A stretch of DNA of 64,000 nt from Candidatus Sulfomarinibacteraceae bacterium (lineage in GTDB: Bacteria > Acidobacteriota > Thermoanaerobaculia > Thermoanaerobaculales > Sulfomarinibacteraceae): positions 156,087 through 220,086 of the forward strand of contig CAWCLO010000006.1 in the NCBI GenBank assembly GCA_963796455.1. Direction: 5' to 3'. Positions 1-9,081 of this stretch are shown in pieces (the stretch's first letter is position 1; every line of letters starts with the position of its first letter). The notes below the pieces were generated by a model. That model was given only the letters and a program-made list of their open reading frames with translations, had not been told where the DNA came from and searched no databases. Position numbers and translations under genes: made by a program.

Positions 1-483
1 TCGGTGGCCGAGCACACCGGCGGTTTCAGCCTGCCATTCTTCGACGATCTCGAGGCCGGCACCGGCAACTGGCTTGCTGCAGCCTGGGCACCGTCCACCG
101 ACAACCCCCACGACGGAACGTGGTCGGCACAGTCCACACCGCAAGGCGCGACTCTTGACCGCATGGAACACGTCATGGAGCTTGCCGGTGAACTCGACCT
201 GTCAGCGGCTATCGACCCACAGCTCACCTACTGGGTACGCGGCGGCGTGAGCGACAACGGCAGCATCCGCGTCCGGATCTCCGTCAACGGCGGCGTCACA
301 TGGACCGACGTCCCGGGCACACCGCTCGGCGAGTACTGGAGCGGTGATTGGACCCGCATCCAGGCATCTCTGGCAGCCTACCTCCAGAGCGGCGTCAGAA
401 TCCGTTTCGTTGTCACCCAGGGCTCCTACGGCGGCGCCACCAATGTCTTCATCGATGACGTCTCCATCGAGGAAATGCCCGAA
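1..483. repeat. Copy 1 of a perfect 483-bp intragenic direct repeat (period 1182 bp)
   Basis: Line-by-line comparison shows bases 1-483 identical to 1183-1665. First mismatch is 484 (A) vs 1666 (G). The repeat touches the window edge. Confidence 0.95.
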
Positions 484-3400
484 ACCGTGTACCTCGGAAT
501 CCCGACTCCGCACCTCAAGTCGGTGGACCTGTCCTGGGACGAGAGCACCCTCGGCGACTTCGACCGCTACGAGGTCTATCGGTCCACGGCCGCCAACGTC
601 ACCACCGGCAGCACCCTCGTGGCCACCTTCGACACCGAAAGCGAAACCACGTTCACCGACACCGGTCTGTCCATCGGCGCCTCTTACTACTACCGCGTCT
701 TCGTCTTCAATTCGCGCAATGTGGCCACCCCTTCCAACGAACGCTCCACCACGACCGTGCCCCTCACCTTCCCCTTCACCGACCCCATGGAAAACCTCGA
801 TAACTGGGATGCCACCGGTACATGGGGGCCCGACGGCGCCGACCCGTACGAGGGATCGTTCTCACTCAACGACTCCCCCGGAGACAACTCCGCTTACAGT
901 GTCACCACCTACCTCCTCACCGCCATCGATCTCTCGGGCTCCACCTGGCCTGTCCTTCGCTTCCAGGACCGCCTTGGCCTCGCCAACGACTGGGGCTATC
1001 TCGAGGTCTCAACCAACGGTACCTCCTGGTCCAGGGTCTACAGCGTCACCGGGGCCCGCGCCGCGTGGTCCGAACAATCAATCGACCTGTCGCCCTGGAA
1101 GACATCCAACAACCTCAGAATTCGATTCGCCGTGGGCACCGGCGGCTCCATCGCCGGCGACGGCTGGTACATCGACGATCTCTCGGTGGCCGAGCACACC
1201 GGCGGTTTCAGCCTGCCATTCTTCGACGATCTCGAGGCCGGCACCGGCAACTGGCTTGCTGCAGCCTGGGCACCGTCCACCGACAACCCCCACGACGGAA
1301 CGTGGTCGGCACAGTCCACACCGCAAGGCGCGACTCTTGACCGCATGGAACACGTCATGGAGCTTGCCGGTGAACTCGACCTGTCAGCGGCTATCGACCC
1401 ACAGCTCACCTACTGGGTACGCGGCGGCGTGAGCGACAACGGCAGCATCCGCGTCCGGATCTCCGTCAACGGCGGCGTCACATGGACCGACGTCCCGGGC
1501 ACACCGCTCGGCGAGTACTGGAGCGGTGATTGGACCCGCATCCAGGCATCTCTGGCAGCCTACCTCCAGAGCGGCGTCAGAATCCGTTTCGTTGTCACCC
1601 AGGGCTCCTACGGCGGCGCCACCAATGTCTTCATCGATGACGTCTCCATCGAGGAAATGCCCGAAGTCGTGACCCTGGCCACCCCCGATCAGATCACTAT
1701 CTCTTCCATGCGGCTACAATGGAACGACCTCAATGACCCCGACTTCAAGGCGTACGCGATCTACCGTTCGCCGACCTCAACCGTCGACACGAATTCCGAG
1801 CTCATTACCACTATTACCGAGCAGGCAACGACCGAGTTCGTCGACACCGGCCTCCAGGCCCGCACCTCCTATTACTATCGGGTCTACTTCGTCGACACAG
1901 CCGACGTCCACGCTCCCTCCAACAGCACTTCCGCCATGACCTTCGGTGTGACCGTGCCGTTTCACGACGATTTCGAATCCGACAGTGGGGTCTGGACCTT
2001 CACCGGCGAGTGGGGCCGCGTCACCGATGCCGGTGTCGGAAACTCCATGAGCCTCGGCGACTCGCCCGGTGATTTCACATCCAACGTGGACACCTGGGCC
2101 GTCACCGGAGTCGATCTTTCGGGCACAACGTGGCCCGTGGTGGCATTCGACGAACGTTTTGATTTTGCGGGTCACTGGGGCCGCTTCGAGGTCTCATCGA
2201 ACGGCGGTGCCAACTGGACCGTTCTCCACGGCGCCACGACAAGCCATACCGGGTGGGTCCAACGACGGTTCGACCTCTCGCCGTGGCGCGGCCAGGCGCA
2301 GGTGTGGATCCGCTACTTCGTCGACGCCAACAGCGGCGTGCCAGCCGACGGCTGGCATATCGACAACCTCTATATCGGTGAGAACCTCATCGAAGGGTCA
2401 TCGAGCTATCCCTTCTTCGACGGATTCGAAGACGGCGACGGGAACTGGCTCCAAGGCGGGTGGACGCTGATAGACGACAACCCGTACGAAGGCTCGACGA
2501 GCATCCTCGACACGCCTGCGAGCCGCCTCGGCAATTCCGAGCTGTGGCTGACCTACGGCAGCGAGCTCGACCTGTCATCGGCCACCGATCCCCTGCTGAC
2601 CTTCCAGGTGCGGGGCAACCTCCCCTATCGAACCAACTTCCGGGTTGAGGTCTCCACCGACGGCGGCAAAGCATGGCAAGACCTCCCGTCACTGCAAATC
2701 AACTACTACTGGGGTCCGAGCCCCTGGGTGCGAATGCAGACATCGCTGGCCGGCTATCTGGTCACGAATCTGAGGCTGCGCTTCCGAGGGCTCGGCAGCT
2801 ATGGTGGCGACGAAAATATTTTCCTCGACAACATCGCGGTGGGCGAACAGACGCCTGGCGCGCCTACCCTCAGTGCTCCAGCCTGGGGCGGAGACGAGCC
2901 CACCGTGAGGCCCACCCTGATCGTGAAAAACGCCATCGATTACCAGAGCGATCTCATGAACTACGAGTACCAGGTCTTTGATGACTCGGAGCTCACCAAT
3001 ATCGTCGCCGACGTGCCGGCGGTCGCGGGCGGCAGCGACACCACCTCCTGGCCTGTCGACGAAGACCTCCTCCCCGACACCCAGTACTGGTGGCGCTGCC
3101 GGGCCACCGACGATTCGGACCACACCGGTCCGTGGATGGAGACCGCCACCTTCTTCGTCCAACTCGAGGATCATCCACCGACAGTTCCGGTTCTGCTCGC
3201 TCCGGCCGATGGGGGTGAACTGGCGGATCTTACCGGCCGTTTGACCTGGCTCGAATCCACCGATCCGGACGAGGACAGCGGTGACTACGTCGCGAGCTAT
3301 CGGGTCCAGATCGATGACGATCCCGCCTTCGGCTCGATCGACGTCGACGTGACCGGAATCACGGTCTCGACCAAGGCCACGGGCGCACTCAGCGTTGCGC

Positions 3401-4230
3401 TTTCCGACCTCACGGGCTCCGACAGCCTCGTCACCGGAACCCTCTACCACTGGCGGGTCAACGCCAAGGACAGCCACGGCGTGGCCTCGGATTGGTCGGC
3501 CGGTCCGACTCGCTTCATCTTCGGCTCCGACGAACAGGCGCCGACCTGTGCAATCAGCTCCCCAGCCGACGATGCCACCGTGACCGGAACCCCGATCACT
3601 ATCACCGGCACCGCCAGCGACGATATCTCGGGACCGGACATCATCGAGATTTCAACCGACGGCGGCTCCACCTGGACCCAGGCGGTCGGCTCGGATTCGT
3701 GGACCCACCAGTGGTGGCCGGCTCTCAGCGGCGACTACGAACTGAGCTGCCGCGCCACCGACCTCGCCGAGAACGCGGGAACGACATCGACTCCCATCAC
3801 GGTCCACGCCGATCTCGACCGGACGATGTCCTTCGGCGAGGGAAGCGCGGAGATCAACGAGGACGTCGGGAGCTACAATGTGACCGTCACCCTGAGCGCG
3901 GCCCGAGCGACCGAGGTCACCGCAGAGTTACTCGTCACCGGAAGCGCCTCCTCGGGGTCGGACTTCGACGAACCTCCCCAGACGATCCGCTTCTTTCCCG
4001 GCCAGACCACTCTCGTCTTTCCGGTGTCGATCACCGATGACGACGAATTCGAGGGCGACGAAACGATTCAGTTGACCCTCGGCAGCACCAATGTCCCCGA
4101 CATCACGATCGGCGCGGTCGGGGTTGTCACCCTGACCATCCTCGACAACGATGTGGCCCCCGATCCGTTCATATTCAGCAACGGCTTCGAGGATGGAGAC
4201 CTTGCGGCCTGGACCGCCCACGTCCCCTGA
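1..4230 (+). CDS. Giant secreted/cell-surface modular protein, 5'-partial (MAM-like beta-sandwich modules, FN3 modules, Ig-like Big domain, C-terminal Calx-beta-like domain)
   Basis: ORF 4..4230 stays open in frame to base 1. Repeated ~160-aa modules run FFDDxExGxGNW...IDDVSIEE. FN3-like segments (LSWDES..YEVYRS..YYYRVFVF). Big-like APTCAISSPADDATVTG..ITGTASD. Calx-beta-like GEGSAEINEDVG...ITDDDEFEGDETIQL. A strong terminator follows. Confidence 0.8.
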   Translation, partial: SVAEHTGGFSLPFFDDLEAGTGNWLAAAWAPSTDNPHDGTWSAQSTPQGATLDRMEHVMELAGELDLSAAIDPQLTYWVRGGVSDNGSIRVRISVNGGVTWTDVPGTPLGEYWSGDWTRIQASLAAYLQSGVRIRFVVTQGSYGGATNVFIDDVSIEEMPETVYLGIPTPHLKSVDLSWDESTLGDFDRYEVYRSTAANVTTGSTLVATFDTESETTFTDTGLSIGASYYYRVFVFNSRNVATPSNERSTTTVPLTFPFTDPMENLDNWDATGTWGPDGADPYEGSFSLNDSPGDNSAYSVTTYLLTAIDLSGSTWPVLRFQDRLGLANDWGYLEVSTNGTSWSRVYSVTGARAAWSEQSIDLSPWKTSNNLRIRFAVGTGGSIAGDGWYIDDLSVAEHTGGFSLPFFDDLEAGTGNWLAAAWAPSTDNPHDGTWSAQSTPQGATLDRMEHVMELAGELDLSAAIDPQLTYWVRGGVSDNGSIRVRISVNGGVTWTDVPGTPLGEYWSGDWTRIQASLAAYLQSGVRIRFVVTQGSYGGATNVFIDDVSIEEMPEVVTLATPDQITISSMRLQWNDLNDPDFKAYAIYRSPTSTVDTNSELITTITEQATTEFVDTGLQARTSYYYRVYFVDTADVHAPSNSTSAMTFGVTVPFHDDFESDSGVWTFTGEWGRVTDAGVGNSMSLGDSPGDFTSNVDTWAVTGVDLSGTTWPVVAFDERFDFAGHWGRFEVSSNGGANWTVLHGATTSHTGWVQRRFDLSPWRGQAQVWIRYFVDANSGVPADGWHIDNLYIGENLIEGSSSYPFFDGFEDGDGNWLQGGWTLIDDNPYEGSTSILDTPASRLGNSELWLTYGSELDLSSATDPLLTFQVRGNLPYRTNFRVEVSTDGGKAWQDLPSLQINYYWGPSPWVRMQTSLAGYLVTNLRLRFRGLGSYGGDENIFLDNIAVGEQTPGAPTLSAPAWGGDEPTVRPTLIVKNAIDYQSDLMNYEYQVFDDSELTNIVADVPAVAGGSDTTSWPVDEDLLPDTQYWWRCRATDDSDHTGPWMETATFFVQLEDHPPTVPVLLAPADGGELADLTGRLTWLESTDPDEDSGDYVASYRVQIDDDPAFGSIDVDVTGITVSTKATGALSVALSDLTGSDSLVTGTLYHWRVNAKDSHGVASDWSAGPTRFIFGSDEQAPTCAISSPADDATVTGTPITITGTASDDISGPDIIEISTDGGSTWTQAVGSDSWTHQWWPALSGDYELSCRATDLAENAGTTSTPITVHADLDRTMSFGEGSAEINEDVGSYNVTVTLSAARATEVTAELLVTGSASSGSDFDEPPQTIRFFPGQTTLVFPVSITDDDEFEGDETIQLTLGSTNVPDITIGAVGVVTLTILDNDVAPDPFIFSNGFEDGDLAAWTAHVP
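1183..1665. repeat. Copy 2 of the perfect 483-bp intragenic direct repeat
   Basis: Identical to 1-483. Encodes a second identical MAM-like module (AEHTGGFSLPFFDDLEAGTGNW...IDDVSIEEMPE). Confidence 0.95.
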
Positions 4231-4258
4231 TTCGTCATTCTCATTGAGATCGTCCGCC

Positions 4259-4299
4259 GCCCCGCGTCCTACTCGGACGCGGGGCTCTTTGTTGTTTTT
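4259..4299 (+). terminator. Rho-independent terminator of the giant surface-protein gene
   Basis: 11-bp stem GCCCCGCGTCC / GGACGCGGGGC with loop TACTC, followed by T-rich tail TCTTTGTTGTTTTT, 29 nt after the stop. Confidence 0.8.
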
Positions 4300-4320
4300 G
4301 GAGACGGACGTGTATACAAT
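4292..4320 (+). promoter_or_regulatory. Candidate sigma70-like promoter for the FAD oxidase gene
   Basis: TTGTTT (4292-4297), 17-nt spacer, TACAAT (4315-4320), about 120 nt upstream of the start. By-eye match only. Confidence 0.25.
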
Positions 4321-4436
4321 ACGACAGAGAAAGAATCTCAGTCTAACAATTTGTTTACGCGAACTCGGCAACGATTCCTTGGACGTTGCGGCCCACCACA
4401 GGATGAGCCTGGGTTCGGTGGCGCCTCGAATCATGA

Positions 4437-5813
4437 ATGGAGATGAAAATGAACTTTGACGAACTTGCAGCCGGCCTCCGAGGTGAACTGGTCACACCAA
4501 ACTCCCCTGACTATCACGATGTCCGGGCTGTTTACAACGCGATGATCGACAAGAAACCTGCGGCCATGGCCCGTTGTGTAGATGCGGCCGATGTCCAGAC
4601 CTGCGTCAACTTTGCACGAGAAAACGGCATTCCATTGGCCATCCGCAGCGGCGGCCACAACGCGGGAGGCCTCGGCTCTGTGGATGACGGCCTGGTGATC
4701 GATCTATCACCCATGCGCGGCATCAGGGTCGATGCAAAAAACAAAACGGTACGTGTCCAGGGCGGCTGCCGGTGGGGGGATGTGGATCACGCCGCCCACC
4801 CCTACGGCCTTGCAGTTCCGGCCGGGATCATCTCGACCACCGGTTGCGGAGGGCTCACCCTCGGCGGCGGAGTCGGCCACCTGACGAGAAATTTCGGTCT
4901 GACCATCGACAACCTCCTCGAGGCCGATGTCGTCCTCGCCGATGGCTCGATGGTGGTTGCCAGCGCCGACGAGAACCCGGATCTCTTCTGGGCCTTGTGT
5001 GGCGGCGGCGGCAACTTCGGAGTCGTGACATCTTTCTTATTCCGCGGCAACCCGGTTAACACCATCTTCGGTGGACCGACACTGTGGAGCCTCGACCGCA
5101 CCGAGGAGATCATGAAGTGGTACCGCGAATTCATCCTCTCCGCACCCGAGGAACTCACCGGATTCTTCGCATTTCTCACCGTTCCGCCCGGACCACCCTT
5201 TCCGGAACACCTCCACCTCAAAAAGATGTGCGGGGTCGTCTGGTGCTATTCAGGTGACATGGCCAAAGCGGAGGAGCTCTTTGCGCCAGTTCGTGCACTC
5301 GAACCGGATCTCTACGGCGTCCAGGAGATGCCCTTCCCGATGCTCAACTCGGCCTTCGACCCGATCTACCCGCCCGGCCACCAGTGGTATTGGCGGGCCG
5401 ACTTTTTCACCGAGATCACCGACGAAGCAATCATCGAGCACGCCAAATGGGGAGCCGACATGCCGACCATGCAGAGCTCGATGCACCTCTACCCGATCGA
5501 CGGTGCTGCCCATCGGGTCGGGGCCGAGGACACGGCCTGGAGCTATCGCGAGGCCAACTGGGCGGGGGTCATCGTCGGCGTCGATCCCGATCCGGCCAAC
5601 AAAGACCTGATCCGCGACTGGGCGGTCGGATACTGGGATGCGATCCACCCTTCCTCCTCCGGCGGCGCCTACATCAATTTCATGATGGAAGAGGGCCAGG
5701 AGAGAGTGCGGGCGAGCTACCGGGGCAACTACGAACGCCTGGCCCAGGTCAAAGCAAAGTACGACCCGAACAACTTTTTCAAGGTCAACCAGAACATTCA
5801 CCCGAAGGGTTAG
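4437..5813 (+). CDS. FAD-linked oxidase, berberine-bridge-enzyme-like (FAD_binding_4 + BBE C-terminal)
   Basis: N-terminal FAD-binding pattern (AIRSGGHNAGG, GGLTLGGGVGHL). C-terminal YINFMMEE...YDPNNFFKVNQNI typical of BBE-type oxidases. ATGs at 4437/4443/4449; GGAG lies 7 nt before 4449. Confidence 0.9.
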   Translation: MEMKMNFDELAAGLRGELVTPNSPDYHDVRAVYNAMIDKKPAAMARCVDAADVQTCVNFARENGIPLAIRSGGHNAGGLGSVDDGLVIDLSPMRGIRVDAKNKTVRVQGGCRWGDVDHAAHPYGLAVPAGIISTTGCGGLTLGGGVGHLTRNFGLTIDNLLEADVVLADGSMVVASADENPDLFWALCGGGGNFGVVTSFLFRGNPVNTIFGGPTLWSLDRTEEIMKWYREFILSAPEELTGFFAFLTVPPGPPFPEHLHLKKMCGVVWCYSGDMAKAEELFAPVRALEPDLYGVQEMPFPMLNSAFDPIYPPGHQWYWRADFFTEITDEAIIEHAKWGADMPTMQSSMHLYPIDGAAHRVGAEDTAWSYREANWAGVIVGVDPDPANKDLIRDWAVGYWDAIHPSSSGGAYINFMMEEGQERVRASYRGNYERLAQVKAKYDPNNFFKVNQNIHPKG

Positions 5814-5900
5814 GGACCTTCGCCTGCAGCGTCCAAAGAGGCACGGAGAATCAAGCAGTCCCGTGAAAGTGCCCACCTGACAACATGAGGTTTACAGGTT

Positions 5901-6055
5901 GGTTGTTGGCATATCCGGTTCGCGGTTTCCCCGTGTCCGCGTCCGCGTCCGTGCCCGAATTGCAGCGGCAGCGACAGTGTCCAGGGGCAGCGCCAGGGAT
6001 CAGGGGCGGGGAACAGCGATCAGTATTCAGCAATCAGCGGCAGCGATCAGATCCG
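5901..6055 (+). repeat. CAGNNNN heptamer-array element, copy A1 (reads CAG units on plus strand)
   Basis: Starts 88 nt after the FAD-oxidase stop. ~45-nt head GGTTGTTGGCATATCCGGTTCGCGGTTTCCCCGTGTCCGCGTCCG, then degenerate 7-nt units (CAGGGAT, CAGCGAT, CAGTATT, CAGCAAT, CAGCGAT, CAGATCC). Homologous to 54351..54522 on the minus strand. Confidence 0.8.
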
Positions 6056-6120
6056 TGCGAGACCTGGCGATTGCTCCACCAGATTTCTTGAACTGAGCGT
6101 TTTGTGCCATCCGTACTGGG

Positions 6121-6270
6121 GAGGCTGTCGCTGAAGACGGCCGCTGATGACTGAACGCTGACGCTGAGTACTGTTCGCTGACGCTGTCTGCTGTTCGCCG
6201 TCGCTGTCCCTGATCGTTATCCGAGACGTTGTCTTGGACACGAGTGATCCTGCATCCTGCATCCTGCATC
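6121..6270 (-). repeat. CAGNNNN heptamer-array element, copy A2 (reads CAG units on minus strand)
   Basis: On the minus strand it starts 54 nt after the thioredoxin-like stop with (GATGCAG)x3 (plus-strand CCTGCAT x3 at 6249-6269). Units that follow: CAGCGAA, CAGTACT, CAGCGT, CAGCGTT, CAGTCAT. Motif content is the reverse complement of copy A1. Confidence 0.7.
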
Positions 6271-6323
6271 GAGTATCGGGCGAGTGGGTGGCTCTCCGGC
6301 GTTTCGACGCCTCGGAGTGGGCT

Positions 6324-6899
6324 CTACGCCGCTTCCGTCTCGTCGGTTTCCGGCTCGACCTCCAGCACCTCGATCGCCTCGACCGCCGTCGCAATCACCG
6401 CAACCATCTCGTCAAATTCGGACCGTTCGAATCCCTGCGACTGGAAGAGGATCGTGCCGTTCGGCCCGATGACCACGTTGCGCGGGATGAAGCGCGAGGC
6501 GTACTGGCTGTAGGCGATCATCTCGGGGTCGCCGGCGACCGGAAAACTGTAATCGTGCTGATCCATGAAGGGCTGCAGGACCGTCTTATCTTCTTCGCGC
6601 CCGATTACGACCAGGGCGAAACGATCTTTGTCGAATCGCTGCCAGATTTCTGCGTCGAGGTGGGGCAGTTCTTCGCGACACGGCGGACACCAGGTGGCAA
6701 AGAAATTGACCAGAACCACCTTGCCCCTGTGGGCTTCGAGATTGAAGGTCTCACCCTCCAGGGTCACCAGTTCGAAGGACGGCGCTGTTTGGCCGATGAC
6801 CGTGATGGTGGTTTCTTCGGGTGTGAGCTCGGGTTCGCCCGCACAGGCAGATATTAGAAGAGCGACGAAGAGAATAGTGGCATTCTTGAGAATTTGCAT
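6324..6899 (-). CDS. TlpA/ResA-like thiol-disulfide oxidoreductase lipoprotein (thioredoxin fold)
   Basis: Lipobox LLISAC, active site WCPPC, redoxin-like context FFATWCPPCREELPHL. ATG at 6899 is preceded by GGAGGGG; the ORF track extends to a GTG at 6911. Confidence 0.9.
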   Translation of the reverse strand: MQILKNATILFVALLISACAGEPELTPEETTITVIGQTAPSFELVTLEGETFNLEAHRGKVVLVNFFATWCPPCREELPHLDAEIWQRFDKDRFALVVIGREEDKTVLQPFMDQHDYSFPVAGDPEMIAYSQYASRFIPRNVVIGPNGTILFQSQGFERSEFDEMVAVIATAVEAIEVLEVEPETDETEAA

Positions 6900-7234
6900 T
6901 GGCCCCTCCACAGAGGCGGAGACCGAAGCCCCGGCCCGCTGCGAAGTTTAGCACCCACGCTATCGCTACCTTCGACCCAAGGGTTTTTGATCGGCTTGAC
7001 GCAACCGCGATCGGGACTCATATTGAATGTCAGCTCAACCAATAACTCGGCGCAAGATTGCGGGTCCTCTCCGGGATCTTCGTGACTCCAGGAACCGGGG
7101 TAACGTGCCCGCGTTTTTCTGCCCAAACAGAAAGGAGAGCCTTGGGATCTATGACCACTGATCGCCGTCGACCTCGTCGAAAATCCCTTTCATCCACATC
7201 ACTTGATCGTAATGCCCAAGAAAGAGAGGAAGGA

Positions 7235-8944
7235 ATGAAGCATCGCTGTTCCGCACCCGACTTTCGACTCGGATCCGTTCTTTTGACTCTTTGTCTTTGC
7301 GCGCTGATCGCACCTCCGGTTTTCGGCCAGTCCATGGCATCGGAACCGACGACACCCTCGATCGACACCGATCTGATCGACAAGGCCGCCGGGAAGAGTG
7401 TCATGAGCCGGATCGACCCCGATTTCATCGGCCCCTATGACTTTTCAGCTCAGACCCGCCAGAAGGCGATTCACACCGGCCCCGGTTTCGAGGGCTTTGG
7501 ATTTGACGACAACGCCATCGAGAACGGGGGCCCACTCTTCATTCCGCCCGATCCGATCGGCGCCGCCGGTAAGAGCCGGGTGATCGCGGTCGTCAACACC
7601 ATGATCGAGGCACACACCAAGGGCGGCAAGCTCAAGTGGCGGGATTCTCTGGCCGGCTTCTTCAGCCCGCTCAACCCGCTGAGCTTCACCTTCGATCCCA
7701 AGATCGTCTACGACCAGTACGAGGATCGATTCGTCGTCGTGACCCTCGAGAGAGTGGCCAGCGGAAATCCGATCGACCCGGGGAACGTCTCGCGCATCCT
7801 CGTCGCGGTCTCCAAGAACGGCAACCCCAAAGGCCCCACCGCCGCCGATTGGCACTACACCGCTATCGACTCGAAGGTCCTCTTCGGGGGATTCGTCGAG
7901 CTGTGGGCGGACTACCCCGGTTTCGAGGTGGATGAGGAGGCGATCTATATCACGGTCAACCTCTTCGCCTTTCCTTTCTACGCAGGCTACGGCGGCATGA
8001 ATCTGTGGATCATCGACAAGGGGACCGGGACCGGCGGGTTCTACGACGGCGGCGCCGCCTCGGCGGGACAATACGATCCTGTCTCCGCAACCGGGGGCTT
8101 CGGCTCGACGTTGATGCCGGCACAGGTCTACGGAGAGGGCGGTGTCGACGGCCCCGGCTCGACCCTCGGCACCTTTCTCGTTTCCTACTCCGGGCTCACC
8201 TTTGGCGGCCCCGGAGCGCCGGAGGCGCTTCAGGTCATCACCGTCGACGACCCGCTGGGAACCGCTGGCGGCCCTTACTTCAACCTGGAGTTCGTGACCG
8301 TCGGAGACATCGAGGACGTCGGAGGCATCTACGGGTTCCCGGACCTGCCCGACGCACCCCAGATGGGAACGGCGGCTCTGATCGAGGTCAACGACCGGCG
8401 GACGCTCGATGCCGTGTGGCGCGATGATTCCCTGTGGGTCACCACCACCATCATTCCGAACATCGGTGTCGACACCGGGGAAACAACCGCCCACTGGTTC
8501 CAGCTGGACACCTCAGCCGGACCCAACGCGATCGTCCTCACCGACGGCGGTGACATCGGCGGCGAGGATCTCGCGGTCGGCACCACCACCTTCTTCCCGT
8601 CGGTGGCCGTCAACCGCGACGGGGACGCCATGTTCGGTTTTGCGGCATCTGCCGACTCGATTTACGCCGGGGCCTATGTCACCGGGCGCGAGGCAGGCGA
8701 TCCGCTGACCACCGTCCAGGAAACCGAGGTCGTCAAGGCCGGGGAGGACTGGTATATCCGAACCTTTGGTGGCGGCCGAAACCGCTGGGGAGACTACAGC
8801 GGTATCGCGCTCGATCCGACCAACGAAGATTTCGTTTGGGTATTCAACCAGTTTGCCGACCAACGCGGCACTCCCACGAGCGGAGGCGAGGACGGCCGCT
8901 GGGGGACCTATTGGATGCGAGCCAAGTTCAAGGGCCGCAGATAG
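7235..8944 (+). CDS. Secreted hypothetical protein (possible beta-propeller fold)
   Basis: ORF 7058..8944; internal ATG at 7235 preceded by AGAGAGGAAGGA. Signal peptide MKHRCSAPDFRLGSVLLTLCLCALIAPPVFGQS. No catalytic motif recognised. Terminator follows. Confidence 0.7.
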   Translation: MKHRCSAPDFRLGSVLLTLCLCALIAPPVFGQSMASEPTTPSIDTDLIDKAAGKSVMSRIDPDFIGPYDFSAQTRQKAIHTGPGFEGFGFDDNAIENGGPLFIPPDPIGAAGKSRVIAVVNTMIEAHTKGGKLKWRDSLAGFFSPLNPLSFTFDPKIVYDQYEDRFVVVTLERVASGNPIDPGNVSRILVAVSKNGNPKGPTAADWHYTAIDSKVLFGGFVELWADYPGFEVDEEAIYITVNLFAFPFYAGYGGMNLWIIDKGTGTGGFYDGGAASAGQYDPVSATGGFGSTLMPAQVYGEGGVDGPGSTLGTFLVSYSGLTFGGPGAPEALQVITVDDPLGTAGGPYFNLEFVTVGDIEDVGGIYGFPDLPDAPQMGTAALIEVNDRRTLDAVWRDDSLWVTTTIIPNIGVDTGETTAHWFQLDTSAGPNAIVLTDGGDIGGEDLAVGTTTFFPSVAVNRDGDAMFGFAASADSIYAGAYVTGREAGDPLTTVQETEVVKAGEDWYIRTFGGGRNRWGDYSGIALDPTNEDFVWVFNQFADQRGTPTSGGEDGRWGTYWMRAKFKGRR

Positions 8945-8959
8945 TCTCTCGAAATACGC

Positions 8960-8985
8960 GGGCGCCTTCGGGCGCCCCTTTTTTT
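8960..8985 (+). terminator. Rho-independent terminator
   Basis: GGGCGCC-TTCG-GGCGCCC hairpin followed by C and T7, 16 nt after the stop at 8944. Confidence 0.8.
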
Positions 8986-9081
8986 ATCGACTGGCCGACC
9001 CTCCTCATCCCTTGACACCTCCCGACCGCCCCTTCACATTGAGGACGCATTGAATCGACCACGACATTTCGAGGAGGCCCC

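Noticed and set aside
344-1432. 362-aa Pro/Ser/Thr-rich ORF in an alternative plus frame of the giant surface-protein gene
   Set aside because: It is an overlapping alternative frame of a well-supported modular CDS. Its composition is typical of an off-frame translation.
1-1665. The 483-bp repeat considered as a DGR template/variable repeat pair
   Set aside because: The copies are 100% identical, with no adenine-specific mismatches. The repeat is much longer than typical TR/VR pairs, and no reverse transcriptase gene is present.
5885-6096. Small ORFs (5885..6091, 5899..6096 and antisense ones) within the heptamer arrays
   Set aside because: Their reading frames are a by-product of the repeat units (RQRQ/SAS runs). 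They have no RBS, and the 7-nt period is incompatible with conserved codon phase.
5901-6270. Heptamer arrays considered as a CRISPR array
   Set aside because: The period is 7 nt, with no 25-40-nt repeats alternating with unique spacers. No cas genes occur in the window.
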